Shown here one piece after another: positions 1 to 9,154 of a stretch of DNA of 64,000 nucleotides. Within the stretch, counting starts at the first letter, position 1; the number at the start of each line of letters is the position of its first letter. Location: NCBI GenBank assembly GCA_903847935.1, contig CAINEX010000133.1, forward strand, positions 8-64,007, in the 5' to 3' direction. The position numbers were made by a program, and so were the translations under genes. The notes beneath the pieces were generated by a model, which did no database searches, was not told the DNA's origin, and saw only the letters and a list, made by a program, of their open reading frames with translations. This stretch comes from an uncultured Spartobacteria bacterium. GTDB lineage: Bacteria > Verrucomicrobiota > Verrucomicrobiia > Chthoniobacterales > UBA6821.

Positions 1-866
1 TGCACGAGTTGCTGGGAGCTCATTTCTAGACTGAAGATACCCACCGGAGTGCCATTATCCACCGCGACATGCTCCGCAATGTTCATGGCGAGGGCAGTCT
101 TTCCCATCGAGGGTCGGGCCGCGATGACGATCATTTCGCTTGGGTGCATTCCACTCGTCATCTGATCGAGTTTTTTATATCCGGTAGGGACACCGGTGAC
201 TTCGCCCTTGTTTTTATACAGCTTCTCGATCGACTCGATCGCTGCGTTCACATGATCCTTGATGTCGGGCAGTTCACCCCGGAAACGTTGTTCTCCAACG
301 GTGAAGACCTGTTTTTCGACATCATCAATGAGCGTTTTGACGTCTCCCTGCTCTTCGTAGCACCTCGCGGCTGAAGCTGTGCAGACCGAGATCATCCGGC
401 GCAGGAGATGCTTCTCCCTCATGATGTCGAGGTAGTATTCCGCGTTGGTTGCCGTGGGAAGGAATGTCTGAAGATCTGCCAGGATGGCGGGACCACCTAT
501 CTGCTGAAGCAAATTCCGGTCAGCAAGGACTTGGGTGACAGTGACAAGATCGATCGGATGATTTTTTTTCCAAAGATCAATCAGCACCTCATAGATGGTG
601 CCGTGGGCCGGATGGTGGAAATGACTTTCGTCAATCCGTTCGATCGCGATGGAGAGCGTGTCCTTCGGCGAGAGAAGGATCGAGGAAAGAACCCCTTTCT
701 CAGCGTCTATACTGGCCGGTAGGGGACGATGGGCTTCCGGAAGTCGCTGACCCCCGCCGAAACGCGGTGCCGAGTCATTACTATTCCCCCTGCGAACAGA
801 GGGAGTTGTTGAGCTCGGATTGGCTTCAGAAACTGAGGCAGGGCCGTCCTGTGGACCTTCGGCCAT
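1..866 (-). CDS. dnaB: Replicative DNA helicase DnaB, N-terminal ~288 codons (3' end runs off the left edge of the window)
   Basis: Absent from the ORF track because the frame has no stop inside the window. My reverse-strand translation from ATG (comp. 864-866) gives MAEGPQDG...LPASIDAEKGVLSSILLSPKD...HGTIYEVLIDLWKKNHPIDLVTV...GVPTGYKKLDQMTSGMHPSEMIVIAARPSMGKTALAMNIAEHVA, i.e. DnaB N-domain, linker and Walker A. Classic rplI-dnaB synteny. Confidence 0.9.
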   Translation of the reverse strand, partial: MAEGPQDGPASVSEANPSSTTPSVRRGNSNDSAPRFGGGQRLPEAHRPLPASIDAEKGVLSSILLSPKDTLSIAIERIDESHFHHPAHGTIYEVLIDLWKKNHPIDLVTVTQVLADRNLLQQIGGPAILADLQTFLPTATNAEYYLDIMREKHLLRRMISVCTASAARCYEEQGDVKTLIDDVEKQVFTVGEQRFRGELPDIKDHVNAAIESIEKLYKNKGEVTGVPTGYKKLDQMTSGMHPSEMIVIAARPSMGKTALAMNIAEHVAVDNGTPVGIFSLEMSSQQLV

Positions 867-887
867 GCGCTTGCCCCCTCTCAGGAA

Positions 888-1418
888 TTAAGCCTCGCTG
901 CTCTTGCGGCGTGGCCTGCGTGTGCCGGATTCCTCTTCATCAAGAGGCTGCTCCACCTTGGGGGCGGCTGCGATCTCGATGCGAAGGGTAGCGGTGACTT
1001 CCGTGTGAATCTTGACTGCAATCTGGTGTTCCCCGCTCTCTTTGAGGGGGCGGTCCAGCACGATGGCATGACGCGGAAGAGCAAGGTCCTTGATCTCGGC
1101 ATTGAGGCGCTCAAGAAGATCTGCGGCGGTGATCGATCCGAAGGCCTTGCCTGTTTCCCCGGTTTCAAGCTTCAGGTTGAGGCGAAGTTTATTGATCTTG
1201 GTTGCGATCGCCTCCGCCTCGTTCAGTTCACGGGCTTCACGCTCGGCGCGTTTTGCCTTGAGATTGTTGATTTTGCGGAGGGATGAGGGCGTCACCTCGA
1301 GCGCCTTACCGCTGGGGATCAGAAAATTGCGTGCATAACCGGCACGTACTTTGACGATATCGGCTTCTGCTCCCAATGATGGGACGGATTCGGTGAGGAT
1401 GACTTCGGAAGTGGCCAT
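888..1418 (-). CDS. rplI: 50S ribosomal protein L9
   Basis: 176-aa ORF. The N-terminus VILTESVPSLGAEADIVKVRAGYARNFLIPSGKA is the L9 N-domain signature. It lies directly upstream of dnaB on the same strand. Confidence 0.95.
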   Translation of the reverse strand: MATSEVILTESVPSLGAEADIVKVRAGYARNFLIPSGKALEVTPSSLRKINNLKAKRAEREARELNEAEAIATKINKLRLNLKLETGETGKAFGSITAADLLERLNAEIKDLALPRHAIVLDRPLKESGEHQIAVKIHTEVTATLRIEIAAAPKVEQPLDEEESGTRRPRRKSSEA

Positions 1419-1574
1419 AAAAAATATCCCGGTTTGTTTTGCTGCGGGAGGTGAGATCCTATCGCTTGTTGGGTCGGTGTCAACACAGTTTGAAACCTCC
1501 CGACATGTTTTCCCCTCCGATTGATCAGAAAACGGAATTTTTAGTTCGAAGCGGCCCTGATTGCAGGAGCTGAG

Positions 1575-2111
1575 TCACTCCTTCGGGCTGAATCCAGGCG
1601 ACCACTCCCTGCTCAATCTCTGGGCTGTGGTAATTTCAGCATCGGTCATCCGCTGTGCGACGGCGTCACGATCCTGCCGGGCGCTTTCATTGCCAGTGGT
1701 TGCCGCAAGATTCAGCCACATGTAAGCCAAGGTATTGTTTTTCTCGACTCCCTCATGAATCACATAACAGCGTCCCAGTTGGTGCTGGGCATCAGGATTT
1801 CCCTGCAAGGCTGAAAGGCGATACCACTTCGCTGCTTCGACATAGTTTTTTGGTACCCCGTCTCCCCTAGAGTAGCATCGAGCAAGGTAGAACTCTCCCT
1901 CCGGATTTCCTTGTCGGGCTGCGAGATTATACCACCTTGCAGCGACTTCTAGGTCTTGTTTGACCGATGTTCCATAATAGTAACGATCTCCTTGGGAGAC
2001 CTGATAACGTGCATCCGTTGGAGCGGAGTGCTCCGGGAGTGAACATCCTCCTAACAGGACTAAAATCATCACGGTCAGTGAAGGCAATGCGAAGTGTGAA
2101 AAGACCTTCAT
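1575..2111 (-). CDS. Sel1-repeat (SLR) lipoprotein
   Basis: 178-aa ORF with a signal peptide ending in the lipobox LLGGC. It carries tandem Sel1-like repeats (AARWYNLAARQGNPEGEFYLARCY, AAKWYRLSALQGNPDAQHQLGRCY, AYMWLNLAATTGN). Confidence 0.8.
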   Translation of the reverse strand: MKVFSHFALPSLTVMILVLLGGCSLPEHSAPTDARYQVSQGDRYYYGTSVKQDLEVAARWYNLAARQGNPEGEFYLARCYSRGDGVPKNYVEAAKWYRLSALQGNPDAQHQLGRCYVIHEGVEKNNTLAYMWLNLAATTGNESARQDRDAVAQRMTDAEITTAQRLSREWSPGFSPKE

Positions 2112-2336
2112 CAGACTATTTAGATCCAGACCGCACCTCCTGTATATTGAAAAAAGATTTCGACTCTATTCCAACATTTTCATCTCTTGAGCTTTCCCCG
2201 CTTGGGACTCCGTATGCACTTTTATGCACGTGTTGCCCGAATCTTGGGGTGTTGTTTGAAATTCCTTCGCCGTCTTTCGGAATTCAGAACATCTTGAATT
2301 TTCCCCGCTTGGGGAGATTTCAAGTCCTTTGAAAGA

Positions 2337-2691
2337 GGTGGAGGCGAGGGGAGTCGAACCCCTGTCCCCGGAACTTATCAGGCATCCGTCCACATGCTTG
2401 ACCGCACTTGAGTTTTAGGAGGTCGGCCACGGTGCGGCGCGCTGCTTTCCTCCGATCGTCCACGAAATCGATTCACCCCCCGGCGCGGTCGATCCGCCAA
2501 GGGGCCATCCTGCTGGCGTCGCCTTCACACATAGCAGGCGTCTGTGTGTCAGCGTCGCGGACTTAGGCCGCGAGAGCTAGATCTTCGTAATCTGCGTTTA
2601 TTTTGTGTGACTCGATTTTTAACGAGGCCAACGAATCATCCTCGGCATGCAGAATGCGTAATGAGCTTCGAGTCGAAACCAGTACGCCCCC
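2337..2691 (-). ncRNA. ssrA: tmRNA (SsrA), about 355 nt
   Basis: The reverse strand starts GGGGGCGTACTGGTTTCGAC (tRNA-like 5' end) and ends GGGGTTCGACTCCCCTCGCCTCCACC (T-arm plus acceptor, with a G3:U pair against the 5' end). The internal tag frame GCA GAT TAC GAA GAT CTA GCT CTC GCG GCC TAA encodes ADYEDLALAA (comp. 2563-2595). The terminal A of CCA is not encoded. Ends are +/-2 nt. Confidence 0.9.
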
Positions 2692-2817
2692 CTTACAGTT
2701 CCTAATCTGACCCAGGGAATGTTGTTTCGCAAGGGGCATTTCAGCCCACGGCTGAATGGAGGGTGGGGTATCGGTAATCCGATTAATACCCGAGAACCCA
2801 TCCGTGCATTCTCCACT

Positions 2818-3198
2818 CTACCTCAGGAATCTGATCGTCAAGGGGTAGCGGTAAGATTCCCCGTTACTTGTCCTCACTGCAGCAATAACCATGCAGACGA
2901 TCCAGGTAACCAGCACGATCGGCAGAATTACAAAGCCCACCAGAACGAAGCAGAGAGCGATTGAGATCGCAGTGTAGATGGAGTAGGAAATCTGGAAATT
3001 AAGCACCTCCTTGCCGGTGGCATCAATCTCCGGGCTATCGGATCGCTTGATCAACCAGATCGCTAGGGGTGCTATGATGTGCATCAAGGACCATCCGAGG
3101 AGAATCCCCGAGAACCCCGAGAGATGGAGACCGATGCACCAAGAGCGGGCCGATTCATCGGTATTTGGATTGGGCGTGAGGGGTGGGGGCATTTCCAT
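2818..3198 (-). CDS. Small integral membrane protein, DUF4870-like
   Basis: 126-aa ORF with 3-4 hydrophobic helices. The pattern WLIKRSDSPEIDATGKEVLNFQISYSIY ... NGESYRYPLTIRFL matches my memory of the DUF4870 family (K..S.FV...GKEALNFQIS ... Y.YP..IRF). Confidence 0.55.
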   Translation of the reverse strand: MEMPPPLTPNPNTDESARSWCIGLHLSGFSGILLGWSLMHIIAPLAIWLIKRSDSPEIDATGKEVLNFQISYSIYTAISIALCFVLVGFVILPIVLVTWIVCMVIAAVRTSNGESYRYPLTIRFLR

Positions 3199-3337
3199 TC
3201 GTTAAAAAAACCCCGAAATCCACCGTCATGCAAGGGTCAACTTTATTCCACAAGATGCCCCCAACAGACAGAATTTGATTGCCAAGACTCCCCCTCTTCG
3301 ACTCATTTGCAGGACGCCTTTTTGGCAAATTTTTTCT

Positions 3338-4585
3338 ATGAGCGAACGCAGAGTTGTCATCACAGGTATCGGAGTCATCAGCCCCGTCGGTTCCGACCTC
3401 GAAACTTTTTGGAGGAATCTCACAACCGGTCACTCCGGTATCTCCCATTACCAAGCGTTTGATCCTGTTGGCTTCGATTGCCTGATCGCGGGTGAGGTGA
3501 AGGAATTTGATTCGACTCCCTGGTTCAAGACACCAAAGGACGCCCGCCGCGCAGATCGTTTCTCACAGTTTGCCATGGCCGGAGCCAAGCTTGCTTTGGA
3601 TGATTCAGGCCTTGATCTCGAGAAGACCGACAAGGAGCGTTTTGGTGTCATTGTTGGGAGCGGCATCGGTGGTTTCCAGAGCCTCGAGAATGAGACGCGC
3701 CGTCTTATTGAGAAGGGGCCGACGAAGCTCTCTCCCTTCACGATCCCGATGATCATCAGCAACATGGCGAGCGGTCTTATCTCCATGGAGTATGGATTTA
3801 GCGGACCGAACATGGCGATCGTCACGGCCTGTGCAACGGCGAACAACTCGATCGGCGAGGCCTGGCGGATCATCAAGTTTGGTGATGCGGACGCCTTCAT
3901 CGCCGGAGGAGCCGAGGCCACCATCACGCCACTCGGGGTGGCTGGTTTCTCCTGCATGAGGGCTCTGAGCACCCGCAACGAGGAACCGACGAAGGCCTCC
4001 CGCCCCTTCGACAAGGACCGCGATGGCTTCGTCATGGGCGAGGGAGCCGGCATTGTCGTTCTCGAGGAACTCGGGCATGCCAAGAAGCGCGGTGCCCGCA
4101 TCTATTGCGAACTTGTCGGCTACGGGGCGACGGCTGATGCCTACCATATGACGGCCCCGCGTCCCGAGGGCGAGGGGGCAAGTCGCTGCATGCAGATCGC
4201 GATGAAGCATGCCAAGGTCACCCCGGAAGAGGTCGATTACATCAATGCCCACGGCACTTCGACGCCGATCGGCGATATCTGCGAGACCAAGGCGATCAAG
4301 GACGCCTTCGGGGAGGCCGCTTACAAGGTACCCATCAGCTCCACAAAATCCGTCACGGGTCACCTACTTGGGGCCGCCGGAGGGGTGGAACTTGCGGCCT
4401 GCGCGCTCGCCATGCGCGACGGGGTCATCCCACCGACCATCAATCTCGATAATCCCGATGCCGAGTGTGACCTCGACTATGTTCCTCACAAGGCGCGTGA
4501 GGCCAAGGTCAAGGTGGCGCTCAGTAACTCTTTCGGTTTCGGTGGTCACAACTCTTCGGTCGTGATCCGTTCCTTTGAGGATTGA
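3338..4585 (+). CDS. fabF: 3-oxoacyl-ACP synthase II (KAS II)
   Basis: The track ORF is 3275-4585; I moved the start to ATG 3338 ([18 protein letters not shown]). Motifs present: active-site Cys in [40 protein letters not shown] and [10 protein letters not shown]. Confidence 0.95.
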   Translation: MSERRVVITGIGVISPVGSDLETFWRNLTTGHSGISHYQAFDPVGFDCLIAGEVKEFDSTPWFKTPKDARRADRFSQFAMAGAKLALDDSGLDLEKTDKERFGVIVGSGIGGFQSLENETRRLIEKGPTKLSPFTIPMIISNMASGLISMEYGFSGPNMAIVTACATANNSIGEAWRIIKFGDADAFIAGGAEATITPLGVAGFSCMRALSTRNEEPTKASRPFDKDRDGFVMGEGAGIVVLEELGHAKKRGARIYCELVGYGATADAYHMTAPRPEGEGASRCMQIAMKHAKVTPEEVDYINAHGTSTPIGDICETKAIKDAFGEAAYKVPISSTKSVTGHLLGAAGGVELAACALAMRDGVIPPTINLDNPDAECDLDYVPHKAREAKVKVALSNSFGFGGHNSSVVIRSFED

Positions 4586-4610
4586 ATCACCGAGAGTTTC
4601 TGATTTTCCC

Positions 4611-5093
4611 ATGAACCTCCCAACCATCAAATCCCTGGCCACGGCTTTGGCCTTGGCTTCCACCACCATCCTCACCACCACAACGACAATGGCCCAAGAT
4701 TCCGCCTCCAACCTTCAGAAGGGGCAGGCCTTCCTGAAGGAAAACGCTACCAAACCCGGCGTTCACACCACCCCTAGCGGCCTTCAGTACAAGGTCATCA
4801 CCGAGGGACATGGCAGGAGCCCCGTGGCCACCGACACCGTCCTTGTTCACTACCGTGGAACGACCATTGATGGCACCGAATTCGACAGCTCCTACAAGCG
4901 CAATGAGCCCATTTCATTTCCGCTCAACGGCGTCATTCCCGGCTGGACCGAGGGAGTGCAGTTGATGAAAGAGGGGGGGAAGATGGAGCTCTTTATTCCT
5001 TCCAATCTTGCCTACGGATCGCGTGGAGCGGGTGGGGTTATAGCCCCGGACTCGACGCTGATCTTTGATATCGAGCTTCTCAAAGTCCAGTAG
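4611..5093 (+). CDS. FKBP-type peptidyl-prolyl cis-trans isomerase (Mip/FkpA-like, secreted)
   Basis: The track ORF is 4575-5093; the likely start is ATG 4611 (MNLPTIKSLATALALA, a signal peptide). FKBP domain: GLQYKVITEGHG...VLVHYRGTTIDGTEFDSSY...FPLNGVIPGWTEGVQLMKEGGKMELFIPSNLAYG...LIFDIELL. Confidence 0.9.
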   Translation: MNLPTIKSLATALALASTTILTTTTTMAQDSASNLQKGQAFLKENATKPGVHTTPSGLQYKVITEGHGRSPVATDTVLVHYRGTTIDGTEFDSSYKRNEPISFPLNGVIPGWTEGVQLMKEGGKMELFIPSNLAYGSRGAGGVIAPDSTLIFDIELLKVQ

Positions 5094-5107
5094 GACAAGG
5101 AGCGGTA

Positions 5108-5200
5108 GGCTTGGAATTTTGCCGCCGCGCGTTGTTGCCGCTCGCTCGCAGTAGTTCACTACAGCTTCGCTCGCGCGCCTCGGCATCCAAACTTCCAAGC
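5108..5200. repeat. REP/MITE-like palindromic intergenic element, copy A (93 bp)
   Basis: It starts 15 nt after the FKBP stop and ends at the next start codon. Termini GGCTTGGAA...TTCCAAGC are inverted repeats. It shares the cores CGCTCGCAGTA and ACAGCTTCGCT with copy B (13038-13136), and has a central hairpin GCAGTAGT-tc-ACTACAGC. Confidence 0.7.
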
Positions 5201-5815
5201 ATGATGAAGAAAGAGATTCTTGGGATCCTCTTATCAATAGGGATCGCTCTTTGTTTTTCTAAAGGCCTTCAGGCCCAGAGTGCCTCACCCGATATCAAGG
5301 TCTACTTCAGTCCTCATGGGGGGTGCACCGAGGCTGTGATCAGGGCGGTGAAATCGGCACAGTCACAGGTGTTGGTCGAGGCCTATTCCTTTACCTCGGA
5401 GCCCATAGCCGTCGCTCTGATTGAGGCCGAGAAGCGTGGCATCGATGTCGAGGTGATCCTTGATAAGAGCCAGGAGCAGGCGAGGGGCACAGAGGCTGAT
5501 TTGATCTCTGAGAGTGGTATACCAACCTATATCGACTCAGCGTACCGGATCGCTCACGATAAAGTCATGGTGATTGATGGTGCGAAGGTGATCACCGGCT
5601 CTTTTAACTTTACCAAGAGTGCTGAGGACTTCAACGCTGAGAACCTTCTCGTGATCTCGAATGATCCTCCACTGGCCGCTCAATACACCACGAGTTGGAA
5701 TCAACATTTAGCCCAATCCCATCCCTACCACCCTGGGAAGAGCCACCATAAAAACGGCTCCCGTTCCCGATATTACGGCCCTCTGGGAGTGAGGGAAACT
5801 GAGCCTACGGGGTAG
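5201..5815 (+). CDS. Secreted phospholipase-D-family (Nuc-like, single HKD) nuclease
   Basis: The track ORF 5111-5815 starts inside the repeat; the real start is likely ATG 5201 (MMKKEILGILLSIGIALCF, a signal peptide). HKD motif: AHDKVMVIDGAKVITGSFNFTKSAEDFNAENLLVI. Size and layout resemble Nuc of IncN/IncW plasmids. Confidence 0.8.
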   Translation: MMKKEILGILLSIGIALCFSKGLQAQSASPDIKVYFSPHGGCTEAVIRAVKSAQSQVLVEAYSFTSEPIAVALIEAEKRGIDVEVILDKSQEQARGTEADLISESGIPTYIDSAYRIAHDKVMVIDGAKVITGSFNFTKSAEDFNAENLLVISNDPPLAAQYTTSWNQHLAQSHPYHPGKSHHKNGSRSRYYGPLGVRETEPTG

Positions 5816-5891
5816 GGGTGTAAATCCGCAACCTGTACGTTGATTCTTCGATTCTAATAGAGCGGATGTCTGCAGCTTAGATCCTTTCCAA

Positions 5892-7304
5892 TCAGACAAA
5901 CTTGCCGGGGTTCAGGATATCCTTGGGATCGAGTGCTTTTTTGACCAAGGAGTGGAGTTTGCGAAGTTCGGGTGATGTGGCCTGATTCCACCACGGTTTT
6001 TTGGCCAACCCGATGCCATGCTCCCCGGTGATGGTCCCCCCCCAAGCGAGGACTTGTTTGAAAAGATCGTCGAGCGCCTGCGCGATCTGCTTGGGTTGCT
6101 TGGTCTGCTGATCCTTGGAAACCATGATGTTGGTATGGATATTCCCGTCACCGGCGTGGCCGAAACAGGCGATGGCAAAGCCGGTTTTTTTCTGAAGTTT
6201 CTCCGCAAAGCGCACAAGGTCCACAAGGCGTCCGCGCGGGACGACGATATCCTCATTGAGTTTCGTGAGGCCCGTAGCCTTGAGAGATGCCGAGAAAGCA
6301 CGTCGCAGAGCCCACATCCGTTCGCAACGTTCGGGGGAGGTGGCGAGTTCAACCTCGAGGGTCTTGTTTTTTGCGAGAAGGGCTTTCAGGTCTTTTCCCT
6401 CACTCAGGACGCTCGCTTTCTGTCCGTCGAGTTCTACAAGCAGATGGGCCTTCCCGGGAGGGACGAAAGATCCCTTCACACCCTTGTGGGCATTTCGAGC
6501 TGATTGGAGAGTGAAGCTGTCGGCAACTTCCATGGCGCAGGGTAGGTAACCGGCCTTGAAGATCGCCTGAACCGCCGCTGCGGCGTCCCTCATGGATCCG
6601 AATCCGGCGGAGAGGGTGACGCGCGCTGGGGGTAATGGAAGCAGGCGGAGGGTGGCCTCGGTGATCACTCCAAGAAGCCCTTCGGAACCGACAAACATCC
6701 CGACCAGGTCGAAGCCTGTCTTGTTCTTGTGGGTTCGTCCCCCGACCTTGACGATCGTGCCATCAGCCAGAACAACCTCGAGCCCGAGCACATAGGGGCG
6801 GGTAACGCCATATTTCAGACATCTCGGACCCCCGGCATTGGTGGCAATATTTCCTCCGATGGAGCAGTCCTTGTAGCTCTGCGGGTCGGGAGGATAGAAG
6901 AGCCCCTTTTTTTCGACATCCTGCTGGAGAACGCCCGTGATGACCGCAGGTTCCGTGACAACGACAAAATCACGGTCATTGATCTCCTTGATCCTGTTCA
7001 TCCGGTGCATGCTCATCAGGATGCCTCCACGCACGGGAACGCATCCCCCGACATATCCGTAGCCTGCTCCCCGTGTGGTCACGGGAATACCCCTCTTATG
7101 GGCATAGCCAAGGACGGAGGAGACCTCTTTGGTAGAACCTGGCGCCACGGCGATCTCTGGCATCGCCGCAGCAAACCATCTGTCGCGACCCAGTTCCGCA
7201 AGGCGGTCGGGATCGGTGATCACGCCGGCCTTGGCGGGGATGAACTTCCGAAGATCCCGCTCCAGATCGTAGCGGATGGATTTCGTGGATGAAGATGCCA
7301 TCAA
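5892..7304 (-). CDS. FAD-linked oxidase (GlcD / D-lactate dehydrogenase family)
   Basis: 470-aa ORF. The FAD-binding PCMH region is PEIAVAPGSTKEVSSVLGYAHKRGIPVTTRGAGYGYVGG. The C-terminal motif GGTITGEHGIGLAKK is typical of GlcD/DLD. Confidence 0.85.
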   Translation of the reverse strand: MMASSSTKSIRYDLERDLRKFIPAKAGVITDPDRLAELGRDRWFAAAMPEIAVAPGSTKEVSSVLGYAHKRGIPVTTRGAGYGYVGGCVPVRGGILMSMHRMNRIKEINDRDFVVVTEPAVITGVLQQDVEKKGLFYPPDPQSYKDCSIGGNIATNAGGPRCLKYGVTRPYVLGLEVVLADGTIVKVGGRTHKNKTGFDLVGMFVGSEGLLGVITEATLRLLPLPPARVTLSAGFGSMRDAAAAVQAIFKAGYLPCAMEVADSFTLQSARNAHKGVKGSFVPPGKAHLLVELDGQKASVLSEGKDLKALLAKNKTLEVELATSPERCERMWALRRAFSASLKATGLTKLNEDIVVPRGRLVDLVRFAEKLQKKTGFAIACFGHAGDGNIHTNIMVSKDQQTKQPKQIAQALDDLFKQVLAWGGTITGEHGIGLAKKPWWNQATSPELRKLHSLVKKALDPKDILNPGKFV

Positions 7305-7313
7305 GAGATGGCG

Positions 7314-8090
7314 TTACATGCCCATGATCTCGTAGCCGCCGTCGACATAGATCACCTGACCGGTGATGCCGCTGCCGCCGTTGCTGGCAAGGAAAACGCC
7401 GGTCTGACCCAGTTCTTCACCGGTGCAAGTGCGACGGAGAGGGGCGTGCTCCTCGTAATGCTTGATCATGGTGCCCAGTCCGGAAACCCCGCGGGCGGCC
7501 AGCGTGTTCATGGGGCCCGCGCTGATGCAGTTGACCCGGATGTTTTTAGATCCGAGATCGTAGGCGAGATAGCGGGTGCTGGCCTCCAGGGAGGCTTTTG
7601 CCACGCCCATCACGTTGTAGTGGGGAACAACCTTGACGGATCCGTAGTAGCTCATGGCCGTGATGCTGCCACCCTCTGTCATCAGTGGAGCTGCCTCTCT
7701 GGCAAGGGCAACCAGCGAGTAGGCGCTGATATCATGGGCCTTCAGATAGGCCTCACGGGTTGTTGAGACGAAATCGCCCTCCAGGGCCTCCTTGGGTGCG
7801 AAGGCAACCGCATGGAGCACCATGTCGATCTTGGGAGTTTTCTCACGAACCTTACCGAAGAATGTCGCGATCTCCGCATTGCTTCCCACGTCGCAGGGAT
7901 GCAGGAAGGTATCGCTACCGAACTCGGAGACGAGCTCCTCCACGTTCTCTTTGAGACGTTCACCCTGATAATTAAAAATAAGGGTGGCTCCGGCCTGCTT
8001 CCAGGCCTTGGCGATATGCCATGCGATGCTACGTTTGTTGGCGACGCCGAAAACGACGCCTGTTTTACCTGCTAGTGGTCCGTTATTCAT
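7314..8090 (-). CDS. fabI: Enoyl-ACP reductase (NADH), FabI
   Basis: The track ORF is 7314-8126; the likely start is the Met at 8090 (MNNGPLAGKTGVVFGVANKRSIAWHIAK). Catalytic region: SYYGSVKVVPHYNVMGVAKASLE. C-terminus: GQVIYVDGGYEIMG. Confidence 0.9.
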   Translation of the reverse strand: MNNGPLAGKTGVVFGVANKRSIAWHIAKAWKQAGATLIFNYQGERLKENVEELVSEFGSDTFLHPCDVGSNAEIATFFGKVREKTPKIDMVLHAVAFAPKEALEGDFVSTTREAYLKAHDISAYSLVALAREAAPLMTEGGSITAMSYYGSVKVVPHYNVMGVAKASLEASTRYLAYDLGSKNIRVNCISAGPMNTLAARGVSGLGTMIKHYEEHAPLRRTCTGEELGQTGVFLASNGGSGITGQVIYVDGGYEIMGM

Positions 8091-8257
8091 CCCACTAGGA
8101 AGCCTCTTTCGGCCCCCATCTGTCACGCAAAAAGGGGAGAGGTCTCAATCAGGAACCCAAGAATTCAGGAACGGGATGGGCTGATAAAAATCCAATAAAT
8201 GTCTGAAGATCATGCCCGTTCCAAGGTGGGGCGCCTCTTGGCTTTATCGAGCCTCTT

Positions 8258-9145
8258 TTAACCCCGTGGATGGAACTTCCGATGAACCGACTTGAGTTGG
8301 CTCCGATCGACCTGAGTGTAGATCTGGGTCGTGGCGATGGAGGCATGCCCCAGCATTTCCTGAATGATTCGGAGGTCGGCACCTCCCGCTAGCAGGTGGG
8401 TGGCGAAGGAGTGGCGGAGTTGGTGAGGATGGACGGCCTCCTCGATGCCGGCCAATCGCGCATAGTGGCGGACGAGTTGCCAGATCCGGGCCGGGGTGAG
8501 TGGATGGCCCCGGATGGAAAGAAAGATTTCTGCACCGGATCTGGGAGCGACCAATTTGGGGCGCGCGATCTCGAGATAGGTCTTCAAGGCGGCAAGAGCC
8601 GCACGACCGACCGGAATCAGGCGTGTTTTGTTCCCTTTGCCGGTGACGCGGATCACCCCTCCTTCTTCATCAAGGTTTTCCAGTCGGACGTTACAGGCTT
8701 CAGCGATGCGAAGACCGCAGGCATAGAGAAGTTCCAGAAGTGCCCGGTCGCGAATCTCCAGTGGGCCGTCTCCCGCAGGGGCTGATACCATTTTTTCGAT
8801 CTCGACCTTGGAAAGGGGCTGAGGGAGCGTTTGCGGGATGCGGGGGATGGGAAGCTTTTCAGCCGGATCCTCGGGGATCATTCCACGGGCCGTCAAAAAG
8901 CGGAAAAAGATCCGCAGGGCGACTGCCTCGATTTTGACGGAAGTGACGGATAGCCCGCGCTTTTTTTCCGCTATCAGGAACTCCGAGAGCAGCGGTTGGG
9001 AGACTTTTTTGGCCTCGCTGATGCCTCGTTGGGAGGCCCACTCCACAAAGCGCTCCAGTGAAGCGCGTGTCGAGAGTTGATAATTCGTGGAGAGTCCCCG
9101 CTCTGTCGCCAGGAAAAGTAAAAACGAGTCGATCGCCTCCTGCAT
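8258..9145 (-). CDS. xerD: Tyrosine site-specific recombinase, XerD-like (XerC/XerD family)
   Basis: 295 aa. It is collinear with E. coli XerD as I recall it: LSTNYQLSTRASLERFVEW, RDRALLELLYACGLRIAE, VTGKGNKTRLIPVG, HQLRHSFATHLLAGGADLRIIQEMLGHASIATTQIYTQV, and it ends HPRG. XerC versus XerD is not fully resolved. Confidence 0.65.
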   Translation of the reverse strand: MQEAIDSFLLFLATERGLSTNYQLSTRASLERFVEWASQRGISEAKKVSQPLLSEFLIAEKKRGLSVTSVKIEAVALRIFFRFLTARGMIPEDPAEKLPIPRIPQTLPQPLSKVEIEKMVSAPAGDGPLEIRDRALLELLYACGLRIAEACNVRLENLDEEGGVIRVTGKGNKTRLIPVGRAALAALKTYLEIARPKLVAPRSGAEIFLSIRGHPLTPARIWQLVRHYARLAGIEEAVHPHQLRHSFATHLLAGGADLRIIQEMLGHASIATTQIYTQVDRSQLKSVHRKFHPRG

Positions 9146-9154
9146 CCCGTGGAA

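Noticed and set aside
1575-2336. Genomic island integrated at the tmRNA 3' end
   Set aside because: There is no second copy of the tmRNA 3' terminal sequence (GGGGTTCGACTCCCC...) and no integrase. The neighbour is a single Sel1 lipoprotein gene of normal composition.
3605-4363. 252-aa minus-strand ORF (and the 217-aa ORF at 3448-4101)
   Set aside because: Both are antisense to fabF and Arg/Gly/Asp-rich. Spurious.
8258-9145. Tyrosine recombinase as marker of an integrated mobile element
   Set aside because: It is collinear with chromosomal XerD including the C-terminal HPRG. It is flanked by fabI and purC with no compositional shift, att-like repeats or cargo genes.
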